From: Candidatus Bathyarchaeota archaeon
Lineage (GTDB): Archaea; Thermoproteota; CALKCG01; B24; DRYS01
Reading direction: 5' to 3'
Length of the DNA: 64,000 bases
NCBI GenBank assembly: GCA_018396535.1
Contig: JAGTQC010000004.1
Location: forward strand, 96,569-160,568
The notes under the pieces were generated by a model. It was not told the origin of the DNA, searched no databases, and worked only from the letters and a program-made list of their open reading frames with translations. Position 1 is the stretch's first letter, and each line of letters starts with the position of its first letter. A program made the translations under genes and the position numbers. This document shows positions 1-9,200 of this stretch, in pieces.

Positions 1-587
1 AATTTATACCGGTAGATGAGAATGCATCTGTGAAACCAGTATCCGTATACGGAGCTAGCAAAGCTGCATGCGAAAACCTAATACAAGCATACAGCAATCT
101 ATACGGGTTTAAAACAGTATCCCTAAGATATGCGAACGTAGTAGGACCTAGGCTAAGACATGGCGTAATATACGATTTCATAACTAAACTACTAGCAAAT
201 CCTAGAAGATTAGAGATACTAGGAGATGGAAGCCAAACGAGAAGCTACATATACATAGATGATGCTGTGGAAGCTACGATAACAGTATGGAGGAGTATAG
301 GTAGAGGATTCGATGTATACAATGTAGGAAGCGGGGATTGGATAAATGTGAGGGAGATAGCGGATATAATAGTAGAGGTTATGAAGCTGGAAAACGTAGA
401 GTACATATACAAACCAATACTACACGGTATAGGATGGCTTGGAGATGTTAAACATATAGCTTTAAAGATAGATAAGGTTAGGAAACTGGGATGGAAGCCA
501 AAGCTGGATAGTAGAGGAGCGGTTAGAGAAGCAGCTAGAAGAATACTAGAAGAAGTGGGTGGAAGACATCTCGAAACGAGTAGATGA
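1..587 (+). CDS. NAD-dependent epimerase/dehydratase (GalE-like extended SDR), 5'-partial
   Basis: YGASK catalytic YxxxK, LRYANVVG, GDGSQTRSYIYIDD and YNVGSG motifs; the frame is open to the window edge. Confidence 0.9.
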   Translation, partial: FIPVDENASVKPVSVYGASKAACENLIQAYSNLYGFKTVSLRYANVVGPRLRHGVIYDFITKLLANPRRLEILGDGSQTRSYIYIDDAVEATITVWRSIGRGFDVYNVGSGDWINVREIADIIVEVMKLENVEYIYKPILHGIGWLGDVKHIALKIDKVRKLGWKPKLDSRGAVREAARRILEEVGGRHLETSR

Positions 588-750
588 TACAGAAGTAGTA
601 TCGTAAAACCCTAGAATCACATAGAAGAATATACTGTTAGAGGACTGAAGCATCTATCCAATACTATAGAGTATAACATAGGTTTATGTAGGATAGTAGA
701 TCAGATACATATATCAACCCATACATAATTCAACTGAAACATTGATATGG

Positions 751-802
751 ATACACAGCCGCCTGTATACGTTTCATACATCTTGTATACGTAATCTTAA
801 AA
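751..802 (+). promoter_or_regulatory. Putative promoter of the surface protein gene with upstream repeats
   Basis: TATA-like CTTAAAA 796..802; TGTATACGT direct repeat at 764..772 and 784..792; ATACA-N3-TGTAT inverted repeat 776..788. Confidence 0.4.
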
Positions 803-842
803 TAACTAGCCTAGATAGGGTTAGATTCGGGTAGGAGAAACG

Positions 843-1373
843 GTGAATAAAACTATGAATAAAAGTACATGCTCTAAACTATCGGTAGCCCTACTAACCC
901 TAATAGTACTATCCATACTACCAAACATAGCTGTAAAACTCGTAGCCGCCGAATCTATGGAAACAGATAGACCTCTGTATGCTATAAAATGGAAGGATAA
1001 CGCAATAGGATACGTAAACGTAACAGTAACACTAACGGGGTTAGATCCTGAAACAAGATACGAGTTAGCAGTATTCAAGCATCATGGACCTGCAGGCTTA
1101 AACTATGTTAAAGAAGTCTACGGTGTATATGAAGCTACGATAAAATTCACTATACCACCAACCATGGATTCACGTCCAGAGGATATAGCTGGTACATGGA
1201 ACGCTACATTATACAAGGTAGTAGGAGAAACCAGGTCGATCGTAACGTGGTGTAACTTCGGTGTATGGGCTATAAACTCTAGGATACTAAACTACGGTAG
1301 GATACTGCAGATATGGGGTGGAGGATTTAAACCAGGTACAAAGGTAAACTTCACAATATACGACAAGGATTGA
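843..1373 (+). CDS. N-terminal part of a large secreted S-layer-like surface glycoprotein (frameshifted; continues in the +1 frame)
   Basis: Signal peptide (KLSVALLTLIVLSILPNIAVKLVAA), NxT sequons and a GGGFKPGTKV beta-sandwich motif; ends GAT TGA where the +1 frame is already open; alternative ATG at 855. Confidence 0.75.
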   Translation: MNKTMNKSTCSKLSVALLTLIVLSILPNIAVKLVAAESMETDRPLYAIKWKDNAIGYVNVTVTLTGLDPETRYELAVFKHHGPAGLNYVKEVYGVYEATIKFTIPPTMDSRPEDIAGTWNATLYKVVGETRSIVTWCNFGVWAINSRILNYGRILQIWGGGFKPGTKVNFTIYDKD

Positions 1374-4029
1374 AACAATAGTAATAACGGATGAGCTATT
1401 CGGTGAGGATCCAGCTAAATCCCCTGTAAGTGGTGTAGTTTGTGTAAAGTATGGAACATTCTCCAATACATCCTATATAATAACTACTGATATAGCTAAA
1501 GGAACATATGTAGTAGAACTCGTAGAAGACTATCTCTTCCTACCTAAAGTAATATCTACAGGTGATCCTGAAAAAGAACTTGAATTCACTATAACAGATG
1601 AGCTGATAGTCGATATACTAAAACCTGAAGAGGGTAGCAAATGGAGGAGGACAGATACAGTACCTGTCGAGGTCGAAGTCCTATACCAGGATCTCGTACC
1701 CGTAACCTCAGGTGAAGTTACCGTCACCTTCACACCACCGGTATGTACGCCTAGCGCCGAGCCGCCATACGATGAGCCTAAGACTATCTCGTTAAGCTAT
1801 AGTCCTATAAGTAAGACTTGGGTTGGAAGCTTCAAAATACAGAAGGATAACTCCACCGGAATATGGACTGTAGAAGCTACTGCTGAAGATGTCTACGGTA
1901 ATAGTGGCGGCGACACCAATACGATTACTGTTAAAGCTGCTATACTCGTCGTCGAGACGGAGGTTGCTCCACCTGCATCCGTTCCGAGAGCTTCATGGGT
2001 ATCATGGCTAATAAAGGTTAAGTATAAGGGTGACGGCTCACCTGCTAAGCTCTACATACCTCTATGCACTGTCTATGTTGTCAACGCTACGACCAATGCT
2101 ACTGTAGGATCAGCCTACCTGGTAGAGGTTGAAGTTGGAAGATATAACGTGACATGGTTCGTACCTGCTGATGCACCTCTCGGAGATTATAGATTCCTAA
2201 TACCTGCAGATGCTTTGAAAGATGTCGTCACGACATGTACTGTATGTAACACTGGTCCTGAGAAGGATGTATTATCGCCTGTATTCGCCGTAGGTATAAC
2301 AGCGCTTAGAGTCGAAGTTAAAACTTATTCAGCTAAAGATCCTACGAAGGAGAGGGTAGCGTTCACACCTGGATCTATAGTATACATAGGTGCTAAGGTA
2401 ACATACCTAGAATCAGGTGTAGTAATGACTTCCGGGTCTGTTAGAGCTTACATATACAATGAGACAGGTTACCTGGTTGCTGAAATACCTATGACGTATG
2501 ATTCAGGTACTAGGATGTGGTGGTGTGAATGGGATTCGACAGGCTATCCAGCTGGACGCTACAGGGTTCTTGTAAAGGCTAGGGATATAGGCTACAACGT
2601 TGGTGAAGGTGAAACATACTTCTACATATCAGGCTTAGTGATATCGCCTAGTAAAGGTACAGTACCACCGATAGAGAATACTAAATGCGAGAAGCTTAAA
2701 GATGGAAACTGGCTTATAACCGCTAGCGTATACAAGGATCCTGTTTCAGGTAAGAGTCTAGGCACCGTTATATCGATATCGGCTACACACTTTACACCAA
2801 ACTCTAAGGTTAACATAACGGTAGATTGGCTACCATACCCAGCTCTAGTAGGTAAGAAGATACTATTAGCGATGAACGTACCTACAGATGCTGAAGGAAA
2901 CTTTGCCACTACAGTAGTATTCCCGACGACGATTAAGGGAATCTACTATATAATAGCTAGGGATGCTAAAGGCCTAGAGATGAAAACTACTTTTGAAGTA
3001 ATACCTGGAATGATACTCACACCAGACCCGGTTGTAGGCTCAGCTTTAACAAAGGTTATAGCTACAGGTCTACCAGGGCCTATAAATGACGTCGCCGATG
3101 CTGCTAAGGCATGGGAGATACTAGTTAACGATACAGATGCTATGCGCACCCTTGCTGGTCATATAGGCTTCCTCTATAACATGACTGAAACTTATGATAC
3201 GAGATGGAGGACTAATGAGAATGGTACATTAATCTCGGTAGCTTTAGGTAAGTATAAGTATACAGTTAAGCCTGGATTCGTAATACCGTTCACAGAGCCT
3301 GGAGCCTATGTCTTCAAGCTTATACTCGAAGGTGGAGGCTACCGTAACTCTACAGATCCAGCCCTATTCAAAACGGTTAAAACGACATCAGTCTCGGATA
3401 CCGTTAAGGTTGTTAATGCTTTCAAAGAGTTTACTATCTTGGTAGATAAGGTTGATGCTCTAGCTGAGCTTGTCAGTACTATGAACGTTCTATTAAGGTC
3501 TGTGGATAAAAACGTAGCTACGCTAGTCACCGATACTGGTACTATCAAAGCTGATGTCTCAACTTTAAGAAGCCTGGTTAAGGAGATGGGCGGTACGTTA
3601 ACCGATATAAGCGGTGGTATAGCTACCATAAAGACGGATGTAGGTACCATTAAGGCATCCATAGATGCTCTATCACCTAAGATAGAGGCTGTGAGAGGTG
3701 ATGTAGCTCGTATATCGACCAATATAGGAGAGATACTCACAAACCTAGAGACTATAGAACCTGTAGTAATGAGTATAAAGGATGGTGTAGCTACCGTTAA
3801 CACTAAGATAGATACATTAACAGGTAGGGTTACGACTATAGATGGTAACGTAGCTACGGTAAGAACAGATGTAGGTGATATAAAGGCTAGGGTTGCTGAT
3901 CTTGCAGGTGTACCTGGAGCTATAAGCACTGTAACAATGGCTGTATGGATAGCTGTAGTTTTATCGCTAGTAGCAGCTATATGCTCTATAGTATCGCTAC
4001 TACAGCTACGTAAGAAGATAGCAGGCTAG
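1372..4029 (+). CDS. C-terminal part of the S-layer-like glycoprotein: Ig-like domains, coiled-coil/beta-layer stalk and C-terminal TM anchor
   Basis: By hand translation frame 1 is stop-free from 1348 to 4029 (the ORF track starts it only at GTG 2149); ATIKTDVGTIK-type stalk repeats; TM helix followed by RKK; many NxS/T sequons; joined product about 1060 aa. Confidence 0.8.
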   Translation, partial: ETIVITDELFGEDPAKSPVSGVVCVKYGTFSNTSYIITTDIAKGTYVVELVEDYLFLPKVISTGDPEKELEFTITDELIVDILKPEEGSKWRRTDTVPVEVEVLYQDLVPVTSGEVTVTFTPPVCTPSAEPPYDEPKTISLSYSPISKTWVGSFKIQKDNSTGIWTVEATAEDVYGNSGGDTNTITVKAAILVVETEVAPPASVPRASWVSWLIKVKYKGDGSPAKLYIPLCTVYVVNATTNATVGSAYLVEVEVGRYNVTWFVPADAPLGDYRFLIPADALKDVVTTCTVCNTGPEKDVLSPVFAVGITALRVEVKTYSAKDPTKERVAFTPGSIVYIGAKVTYLESGVVMTSGSVRAYIYNETGYLVAEIPMTYDSGTRMWWCEWDSTGYPAGRYRVLVKARDIGYNVGEGETYFYISGLVISPSKGTVPPIENTKCEKLKDGNWLITASVYKDPVSGKSLGTVISISATHFTPNSKVNITVDWLPYPALVGKKILLAMNVPTDAEGNFATTVVFPTTIKGIYYIIARDAKGLEMKTTFEVIPGMILTPDPVVGSALTKVIATGLPGPINDVADAAKAWEILVNDTDAMRTLAGHIGFLYNMTETYDTRWRTNENGTLISVALGKYKYTVKPGFVIPFTEPGAYVFKLILEGGGYRNSTDPALFKTVKTTSVSDTVKVVNAFKEFTILVDKVDALAELVSTMNVLLRSVDKNVATLVTDTGTIKADVSTLRSLVKEMGGTLTDISGGIATIKTDVGTIKASIDALSPKIEAVRGDVARISTNIGEILTNLETIEPVVMSIKDGVATVNTKIDTLTGRVTTIDGNVATVRTDVGDIKARVADLAGVPGAISTVTMAVWIAVVLSLVAAICSIVSLLQLRKKIAG

Positions 4030-4102
4030 AAGTATCGGGTAGGGCTACCGAACCCCCACCCCCTTTATTTCCATCCCTTCTTAGAAGGTATCTAGTTATA
4101 GG

Positions 4103-4687
4103 CTAGGCTACCGTTTTCCTAAAACTCGCTATAACTATACCCCTAGTATACTCCGCTCTCTCAGTCTTATATCCTAGCGCAGACATAACCCCCTCGAATA
4201 TCGATAATAATAGTTTCGTAGATTCCGATGAGAGGTTTGATGCTATAAATCTGAATAGTATAGCCTCCCCACCCCCCTCTACAGAGATATCTGTAGGTGC
4301 TAGTAGTGTAGATGAGACTAGGATTCTAAGAGCTTCTATCGGATTATCGAATTTAACCGAGATATATCTACCATACCAGTATCCAGATTCGTATGCATTA
4401 CGATAGATTTCATCTAAACCCTCTCTATCCACCCTAGATAGTATCGTATTCATCAGATTCACAGGTATGAGCATTATACCCGCACTTCTATGCATAGAAG
4501 CTACCATATACGATCTAACAGCATCCTTTATAGATCCACCATCACCATATATCCTAACGACATCCGATAGTATATCTGATATGAACGATGATAGTGTTCT
4601 ACCCTCCCTATTAGATATCTCCATAAGCTTATCGACTATATCTGCCTGTACGAATATAAGCTTCCTACCCTGAGAGCGTGAAGGCAT
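4103..4687 (-). CDS. Hypothetical protein: N-terminal ribbon-helix-helix-like domain plus C-terminal V4R/HNOB-like domain
   Basis: KLIFVQADIVDKLMEISNREGRTLSSFISDIL fits an RHH pattern; YESGYWYG and FEGVMSALGY resemble V4R; paralogous to its neighbour. Confidence 0.55.
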   Translation of the reverse strand: MPSRSQGRKLIFVQADIVDKLMEISNREGRTLSSFISDILSDVVRIYGDGGSIKDAVRSYMVASMHRSAGIMLIPVNLMNTILSRVDREGLDEIYRNAYESGYWYGRYISVKFDNPIEALRILVSSTLLAPTDISVEGGGEAILFRFIASNLSSESTKLLLSIFEGVMSALGYKTERAEYTRGIVIASFRKTVA

Positions 4688-4694
4688 AGCTCAA

Positions 4695-5261
4695 CTATCC
4701 TTTAACCTCGATCCTTATCCTTATAAATCCTTTATCAACCTCAGAATCCAATACATCGAAGCCTAGGCCTACAAGAACACCTTTAAGAAGGGATTCGAAT
4801 AGAAAACTATAGTTTAGAGTGAACCTAGAGCTAAAGCATAATAGTATAGCCTCCCCACCCCTCCTCTCGAATCTAAATTCCGATATATTCCACATAAGCC
4901 TCGATAGTATATGTATAGATTCATCTATACTAGATGATACCGATAGATACTTAGATAGCCATAAACCTGTTTCAAACCAGCTCTTCCTAAGCTTATCAGA
5001 GTATCCTGATTCAAAGCATAGATCTACAAGCTCGTAGAGTAGATTCTCAGGTATGGTTGTAAACCCGGATCTCCTACCATAATCCATAGCCCTATACTCA
5101 TCTAGTAGACGCTTAATGTTAAGACCCCCCTCCTCAACTTCTAATATAGATTCGAGTATATCGTTAAGCATAGCGTAGACGGTTACACCCCTACTCTCAG
5201 CTAGAACCTTAAGTCTATCAGCTAGATCAACCCTAGCTGCAAGCATCTTTCTATCAGGCAA
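4695..5261 (-). CDS. Hypothetical protein: RHH-like plus V4R-like domain (tandem paralog)
   Basis: DLADRLKVLAESRGVTVYAMLNDIL, WFETGLWL and LKGVLVGLGF; shares GGEAIL with 4103..4687. Confidence 0.55.
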   Translation of the reverse strand: MPDRKMLAARVDLADRLKVLAESRGVTVYAMLNDILESILEVEEGGLNIKRLLDEYRAMDYGRRSGFTTIPENLLYELVDLCFESGYSDKLRKSWFETGLWLSKYLSVSSSIDESIHILSRLMWNISEFRFERRGGEAILLCFSSRFTLNYSFLFESLLKGVLVGLGFDVLDSEVDKGFIRIRIEVKG

Positions 5262-5420
5262 AGATCATTAAACCCCCAGGCTAGATAGACTCGATAACCT
5301 AATAGTATTACGAGATTTAAAATTTGGCGTTATTACTCGCAGCATCTGTAGACTATGGAATTATACGTATACCAGCCGTAAACCTTATATCCATAGATTC
5401 ATCTACCTCAATCGATAGTC

Positions 5421-5828
5421 TTGACGATATACGCTCTAAGAGTAGCTAAACCTGAATGGGTTGATAACCTGTATAGGGAGGGTGTATACTATGGGTCTGT
5501 TAGGAGATTATTTAAACCAGGTGATACCATAATATTCTTCTCCAAGATCGAAGATCTAGGCGACGCCCTAATAGGATACAGTGTGGTAGAATCCTTCTAT
5601 AGAAGAGGGGATCTACCAGAGGATATAGCTTCGAGATTTCAGGAGCATCCATGGAGTTGGCTTATAAGATTCGATCGATCAAAGCTGGTAAGGTTTATCG
5701 ATCCTATACCATGGGTTAAACTAGTAGAGCTAGGTATTATACCTAGAAAGGCTAGGGGTAGATACCTCCACGGATTTAGACTTAGGGATAGAGAGGCTGA
5801 TATCTTGAGAAGTATATGTAAGATATGA
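5421..5828 (+). CDS. Hypothetical protein, EVE/PUA-like domain
   Basis: FKPGDTIIFF...IGYSVV...RFIDPI pattern typical of the EVE/ASCH fold; upstream AAACCTTATAT promoter. Confidence 0.5.
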   Translation: MTIYALRVAKPEWVDNLYREGVYYGSVRRLFKPGDTIIFFSKIEDLGDALIGYSVVESFYRRGDLPEDIASRFQEHPWSWLIRFDRSKLVRFIDPIPWVKLVELGIIPRKARGRYLHGFRLRDREADILRSICKI

Positions 5829-5888
5829 TATATGAACTTATATCCTCTACAGATGCGATCATCTATATAGCTTGTAAGGTGGTATAGG

Positions 5889-6077
5889 ATGGTTAAAGTT
5901 AGAGTAGATCAAGATCTATGTATAGGCTGCGGTCTATGCGAATCGCTATGTCCAGAAGTATTTAGATTAACGGCTGAGGGTAAATCTGAAGTAGTGAACC
6001 CGAACGGATGTGATGGATGCGATTGTAGAAGTGTAGCTGATCAATGCCCTGTATCAGCGATAATAGTCGAAGAGTAG
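5889..6077 (+). CDS. fdx: Ferredoxin
   Basis: CIGCGLCESLCP and CPVSAI motifs; 62 aa. Confidence 0.9.
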   Translation: MVKVRVDQDLCIGCGLCESLCPEVFRLTAEGKSEVVNPNGCDGCDCRSVADQCPVSAIIVEE

Positions 6078-6151
6078 CCTCGATATAATAGATAAATTAA
6101 CTAGCCTCCATCTACTATTTATCTACCCCTCCCACAACTATAGGGTTAGAT

Positions 6152-7051
6152 GTGAGTGAATGGAGCAGCTTCAAGCCTGAGAGGAGGAGCTTCCATCTAT
6201 CCATACTTATACCTGGAAGCCTCGTAGATGAGGAGAGTCATCTACGAGATAAAACCCTTACTGTAGGATTGATAGGTAGAGCTGCAGCTGTATTCAGAGT
6301 TGATGAGGTATGCATATACAGGGATCTATATGGTGTTATGGATCAATCTAGCTCAGTAAATCTTATAGCATCTATCCTAAGATATATGGAGACGCCACCA
6401 CATCTTAAACGCAAGCTTATAGGGTTGAAACCAGAGCTTAGATATGCGGGTATACTACCACCTTTAAGGCTACCGAGTCATACACCTCCTAAAAGGATAG
6501 ATGAAGTTGTATCAGGCGAAGTTAGGGAAGCTATCGTAGAGCGTAGCGGAGCTGAATGCTACGTAGATGCGGGGCTAGATAAGCCTATAAAGCTTATAGG
6601 ATCATCTCCTCCACGTGGATCTAGAGTTACCGTTAGGATAGTAGTGGATAAAGGAGAAGTCTACTGTAAGCTTGTAGATCCATCTAAACTTAGATTCTAC
6701 TGGAGCTTCCACGTATCGACACCTGATAAGCCGTTAAAGGATATACTAGAAGATTATCGTAGTAGCGGTTTAGTTATAGCTACATCCAGGTATGGGGATC
6801 CGATCGAGCAGCTTCTAGATGAGTTATCATCTAAGCTTACATCGATTAGAAACCTCGCTATAGTATTCGGATCTCCTAGAGAAGGGTTGAGAGAGATAGC
6901 TGGTAGGCAAGGATTTAAACTCCGAGATTATGTAGACTATATCGTTAATACTATACCTGAACAGGGATCCTATACTGTTAGGACGGAGGAGGCTGTATAC
7001 GCAACCCTAGCTATAATGAATATCATATCATCTAGGATGTATAGAGTCTAG
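6152..7051 (+). CDS. SPOUT-family RNA methyltransferase (MTH1/SPOUT1-like)
   Basis: GRAAAVFRVDE, LRYMETPP, GILPPL, FGSP and NTIPEQGSYTVRTEEA; typical position upstream of rpl3. Confidence 0.88.
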   Translation: MSEWSSFKPERRSFHLSILIPGSLVDEESHLRDKTLTVGLIGRAAAVFRVDEVCIYRDLYGVMDQSSSVNLIASILRYMETPPHLKRKLIGLKPELRYAGILPPLRLPSHTPPKRIDEVVSGEVREAIVERSGAECYVDAGLDKPIKLIGSSPPRGSRVTVRIVVDKGEVYCKLVDPSKLRFYWSFHVSTPDKPLKDILEDYRSSGLVIATSRYGDPIEQLLDELSSKLTSIRNLAIVFGSPREGLREIAGRQGFKLRDYVDYIVNTIPEQGSYTVRTEEAVYATLAIMNIISSRMYRV

Positions 7052-7065
7052 CTAGAGTCATCGAC

Positions 7066-7078
7066 TAACCTTTATATC
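7066..7078 (+). promoter_or_regulatory. BRE/TATA promoter of the rpl3 cluster
   Basis: TAACCTTTATATC upstream of GGAGG-ATG. Confidence 0.55.
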
Positions 7079-7118
7079 TAGGGTTAGCCGTCTAACTAGG
7101 CGAAGGGTAGGAAGGAGG

Positions 7119-8117
7119 ATGGGTCGAAGAAAGAAGAGAGCTCCTAGGCGTGGTAGCTTAGCGTTCATACCTAAGGGTAGGGCTGAATCTATTAAGCCTA
7201 GTATAAAGTATTGGCCTGATCCACTTCTAGCTAAGCCCTCCCTACTAGGCTTCCCAGGCTATAAAGCTGGTATGACACATGTATATATGGTAGAGGATGA
7301 GCCAACCGTATATAGGGGTAGGGAGGTTGCCCACCCAGCTACGATAGTAGTTACACCACCAGCTAGGGTTATGGCTGTGAGATTATACGCTGATACGGTA
7401 GATGGATTTAAATCCCTAACAGAGGTTTGGCATCCGAATATACTTAGGGATGTATGGCGTAACTTCAATATACCTAAAGAATACGATTTCCAAGCTAAGC
7501 TTAAGGATTTCGAGGAGGCTAGAAGCTTCGCAGGCGATGTTAGAGTTATACTAGGTGCTTCACCTAAGCTTGCTGGCTTATCTAAGAAGAAGCTGGATCT
7601 CGTAGAGGTTAGGGTGGGTGGTGGAGATATAGCTGAGAGGATAGATTACGCTCTATCGATACTCGGTGGAGAGGTTAGGGTTAGCGATGTATTCAAGCCT
7701 GGGCAGTATGTAGATGTATCCGCTGTTACTAAGGGTAAGGGGTTCCAAGGCGAGGTTAAACGTTGGCATGTACATAGGCTACACCATAAGACTAGGGAGG
7801 GTGTTAGGGGTGTAGGTACACTCGGCCCGTGGACTCCAGCTAGGGTTATGTATACAGTACCTAGACCAGGTCAGCTTGGATTCCATCTTAGATGCGAGTA
7901 TAATAAGCGTATACTCATGATAAGCAGCGATGGAAGCTTAGTAACACCCCCAGGAGGTATCACAGGTTTCGGTATAGTATCCACAGAATACGTGCTACTT
8001 AAGGGTAGTATACCTGGTCCTAGGAAGCGTCTAGTATTTTTAAGATATCCAGCTAGACCTCCAAGCATAGTGCCGGCTGAGCCTCCGAAGATAACGTACA
8101 TCTATAGGGGTCGATAG
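7119..8117 (+). CDS. rpl3: 50S ribosomal protein L3
   Basis: PRRGSLAF, GYKAGMTH, TKGKGFQG and LKGSIPGP. Confidence 0.98.
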   Translation: MGRRKKRAPRRGSLAFIPKGRAESIKPSIKYWPDPLLAKPSLLGFPGYKAGMTHVYMVEDEPTVYRGREVAHPATIVVTPPARVMAVRLYADTVDGFKSLTEVWHPNILRDVWRNFNIPKEYDFQAKLKDFEEARSFAGDVRVILGASPKLAGLSKKKLDLVEVRVGGGDIAERIDYALSILGGEVRVSDVFKPGQYVDVSAVTKGKGFQGEVKRWHVHRLHHKTREGVRGVGTLGPWTPARVMYTVPRPGQLGFHLRCEYNKRILMISSDGSLVTPPGGITGFGIVSTEYVLLKGSIPGPRKRLVFLRYPARPPSIVPAEPPKITYIYRGR

Positions 8118-8119
8118 CG

Positions 8120-8914
8120 TTGACTATCGAATCTATACCTGTATTCAACTTAGATGGTGTTCAAGTAGATTCTATAGAGAAGCCTAAGGTATTCTCCTAT
8201 CCAATCCATAAATTCTTGATAAGGAGGGTTGTAGATATACTACAGACGCATAGAAAGCAGAAGCAGGGTAGGGATCCGATGGCTGGTAAACGTACATCCG
8301 CAGAATCTCTAGGTACAGGCTACGGTTTAGCTAGAGTTCCTAGGATTAAGGGTAGCTATAGAGCTGCATTCGTAACCATGGCTGTTAAAGGTAGATCTGC
8401 GCATGCACCCACCTCTATGAAGGTAATATATAAGAGGGTTAATAAGAAGGAGAGGCATCTAGCTCTCCTATCCGCGATATCCTCTACAGGTATACCTGAA
8501 CTAGTAGCTAAACGTGGTCATAGGATCGAAGGTGTTAAGTATATACCATTAGTAGTCGTGGATGATATAGAGACTGTAAACTCTACTAAGGCTGCGAAGG
8601 ATGTGTTGAAGAAACTCGGCTTATGGAGCGATGTAGAGAGAGTCTACGAAGGTTCTAGAGCTAGAAGTGGTAAACCTAGACGTAGGGGTAGGGTTAAACG
8701 TGTAGGTAGGGGTCCGCTTATAGTCGTATACGAGGATAGAGGTGTGGGTCTAGCTATGCGTAATATACCAGGCGTGGATGTAGTAGAGCTTAGAAGCTTA
8801 AACCCTGAGCATCTAGCTCCAGGAGGATATCCTGGTAGATTAACTCTATGGAGCCTTTCAGCCTTCAAGAAGCTCGATGAGATAGTAGGGGAGGTGTATA
8901 CAGCCTATGCCTAG
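8120..8914 (+). CDS. rpl4: 50S ribosomal protein L4
   Basis: AGKRTSAES, ARVPR, RNIPGVD and HLAPGGYPGRLTLW. Confidence 0.97.
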   Translation: MTIESIPVFNLDGVQVDSIEKPKVFSYPIHKFLIRRVVDILQTHRKQKQGRDPMAGKRTSAESLGTGYGLARVPRIKGSYRAAFVTMAVKGRSAHAPTSMKVIYKRVNKKERHLALLSAISSTGIPELVAKRGHRIEGVKYIPLVVVDDIETVNSTKAAKDVLKKLGLWSDVERVYEGSRARSGKPRRRGRVKRVGRGPLIVVYEDRGVGLAMRNIPGVDVVELRSLNPEHLAPGGYPGRLTLWSLSAFKKLDEIVGEVYTAYA

Positions 8915-9188
8915 TATAGATGAGCAGCTTAAAGCTAGACGTATAATCCTATACCCTATAACATCTGAGAAAGCTATGACTCTAGTAGAGAGGGAGAATA
9001 CTATAACATTCGCTGTAGGTATGAACGCATCTAAAATGGATATTAGGAAAGCTGTCGAAATACTATACAGCGTGAAGGTGGAGGATGTACGTACCATTAT
9101 AACGCATAAAGGATATAAGAAAGCGTATGTTAGACTCGCTGAGGGATACTCTGCTTCAGATCTAGCTATAAGACTCGGTATGATATAG
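8907..9188 (+). CDS. rpl23: 50S ribosomal protein L23
   Basis: PITSEKA, ENTITF and KKAYVRL; position in the S10 cluster. Confidence 0.97.
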   Translation: MPSIDEQLKARRIILYPITSEKAMTLVERENTITFAVGMNASKMDIRKAVEILYSVKVEDVRTIITHKGYKKAYVRLAEGYSASDLAIRLGMI

Positions 9189-9200
9189 GAGGCTAGCGGT

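Noticed and set aside
1360-1425. BHB intron or selenocysteine readthrough explaining the surface-protein frameshift
   Set aside because: GGAT/ATCC could form a central helix, but no intron stem follows and canonical cuts would create TAA. Readthrough of TGA 1371 meets another TGA at 1392.
5362-5371. TATACGTATA palindrome (also at 52986..52995)
   Set aside because: Low complexity in palindrome-rich DNA, with unrelated downstream genes.
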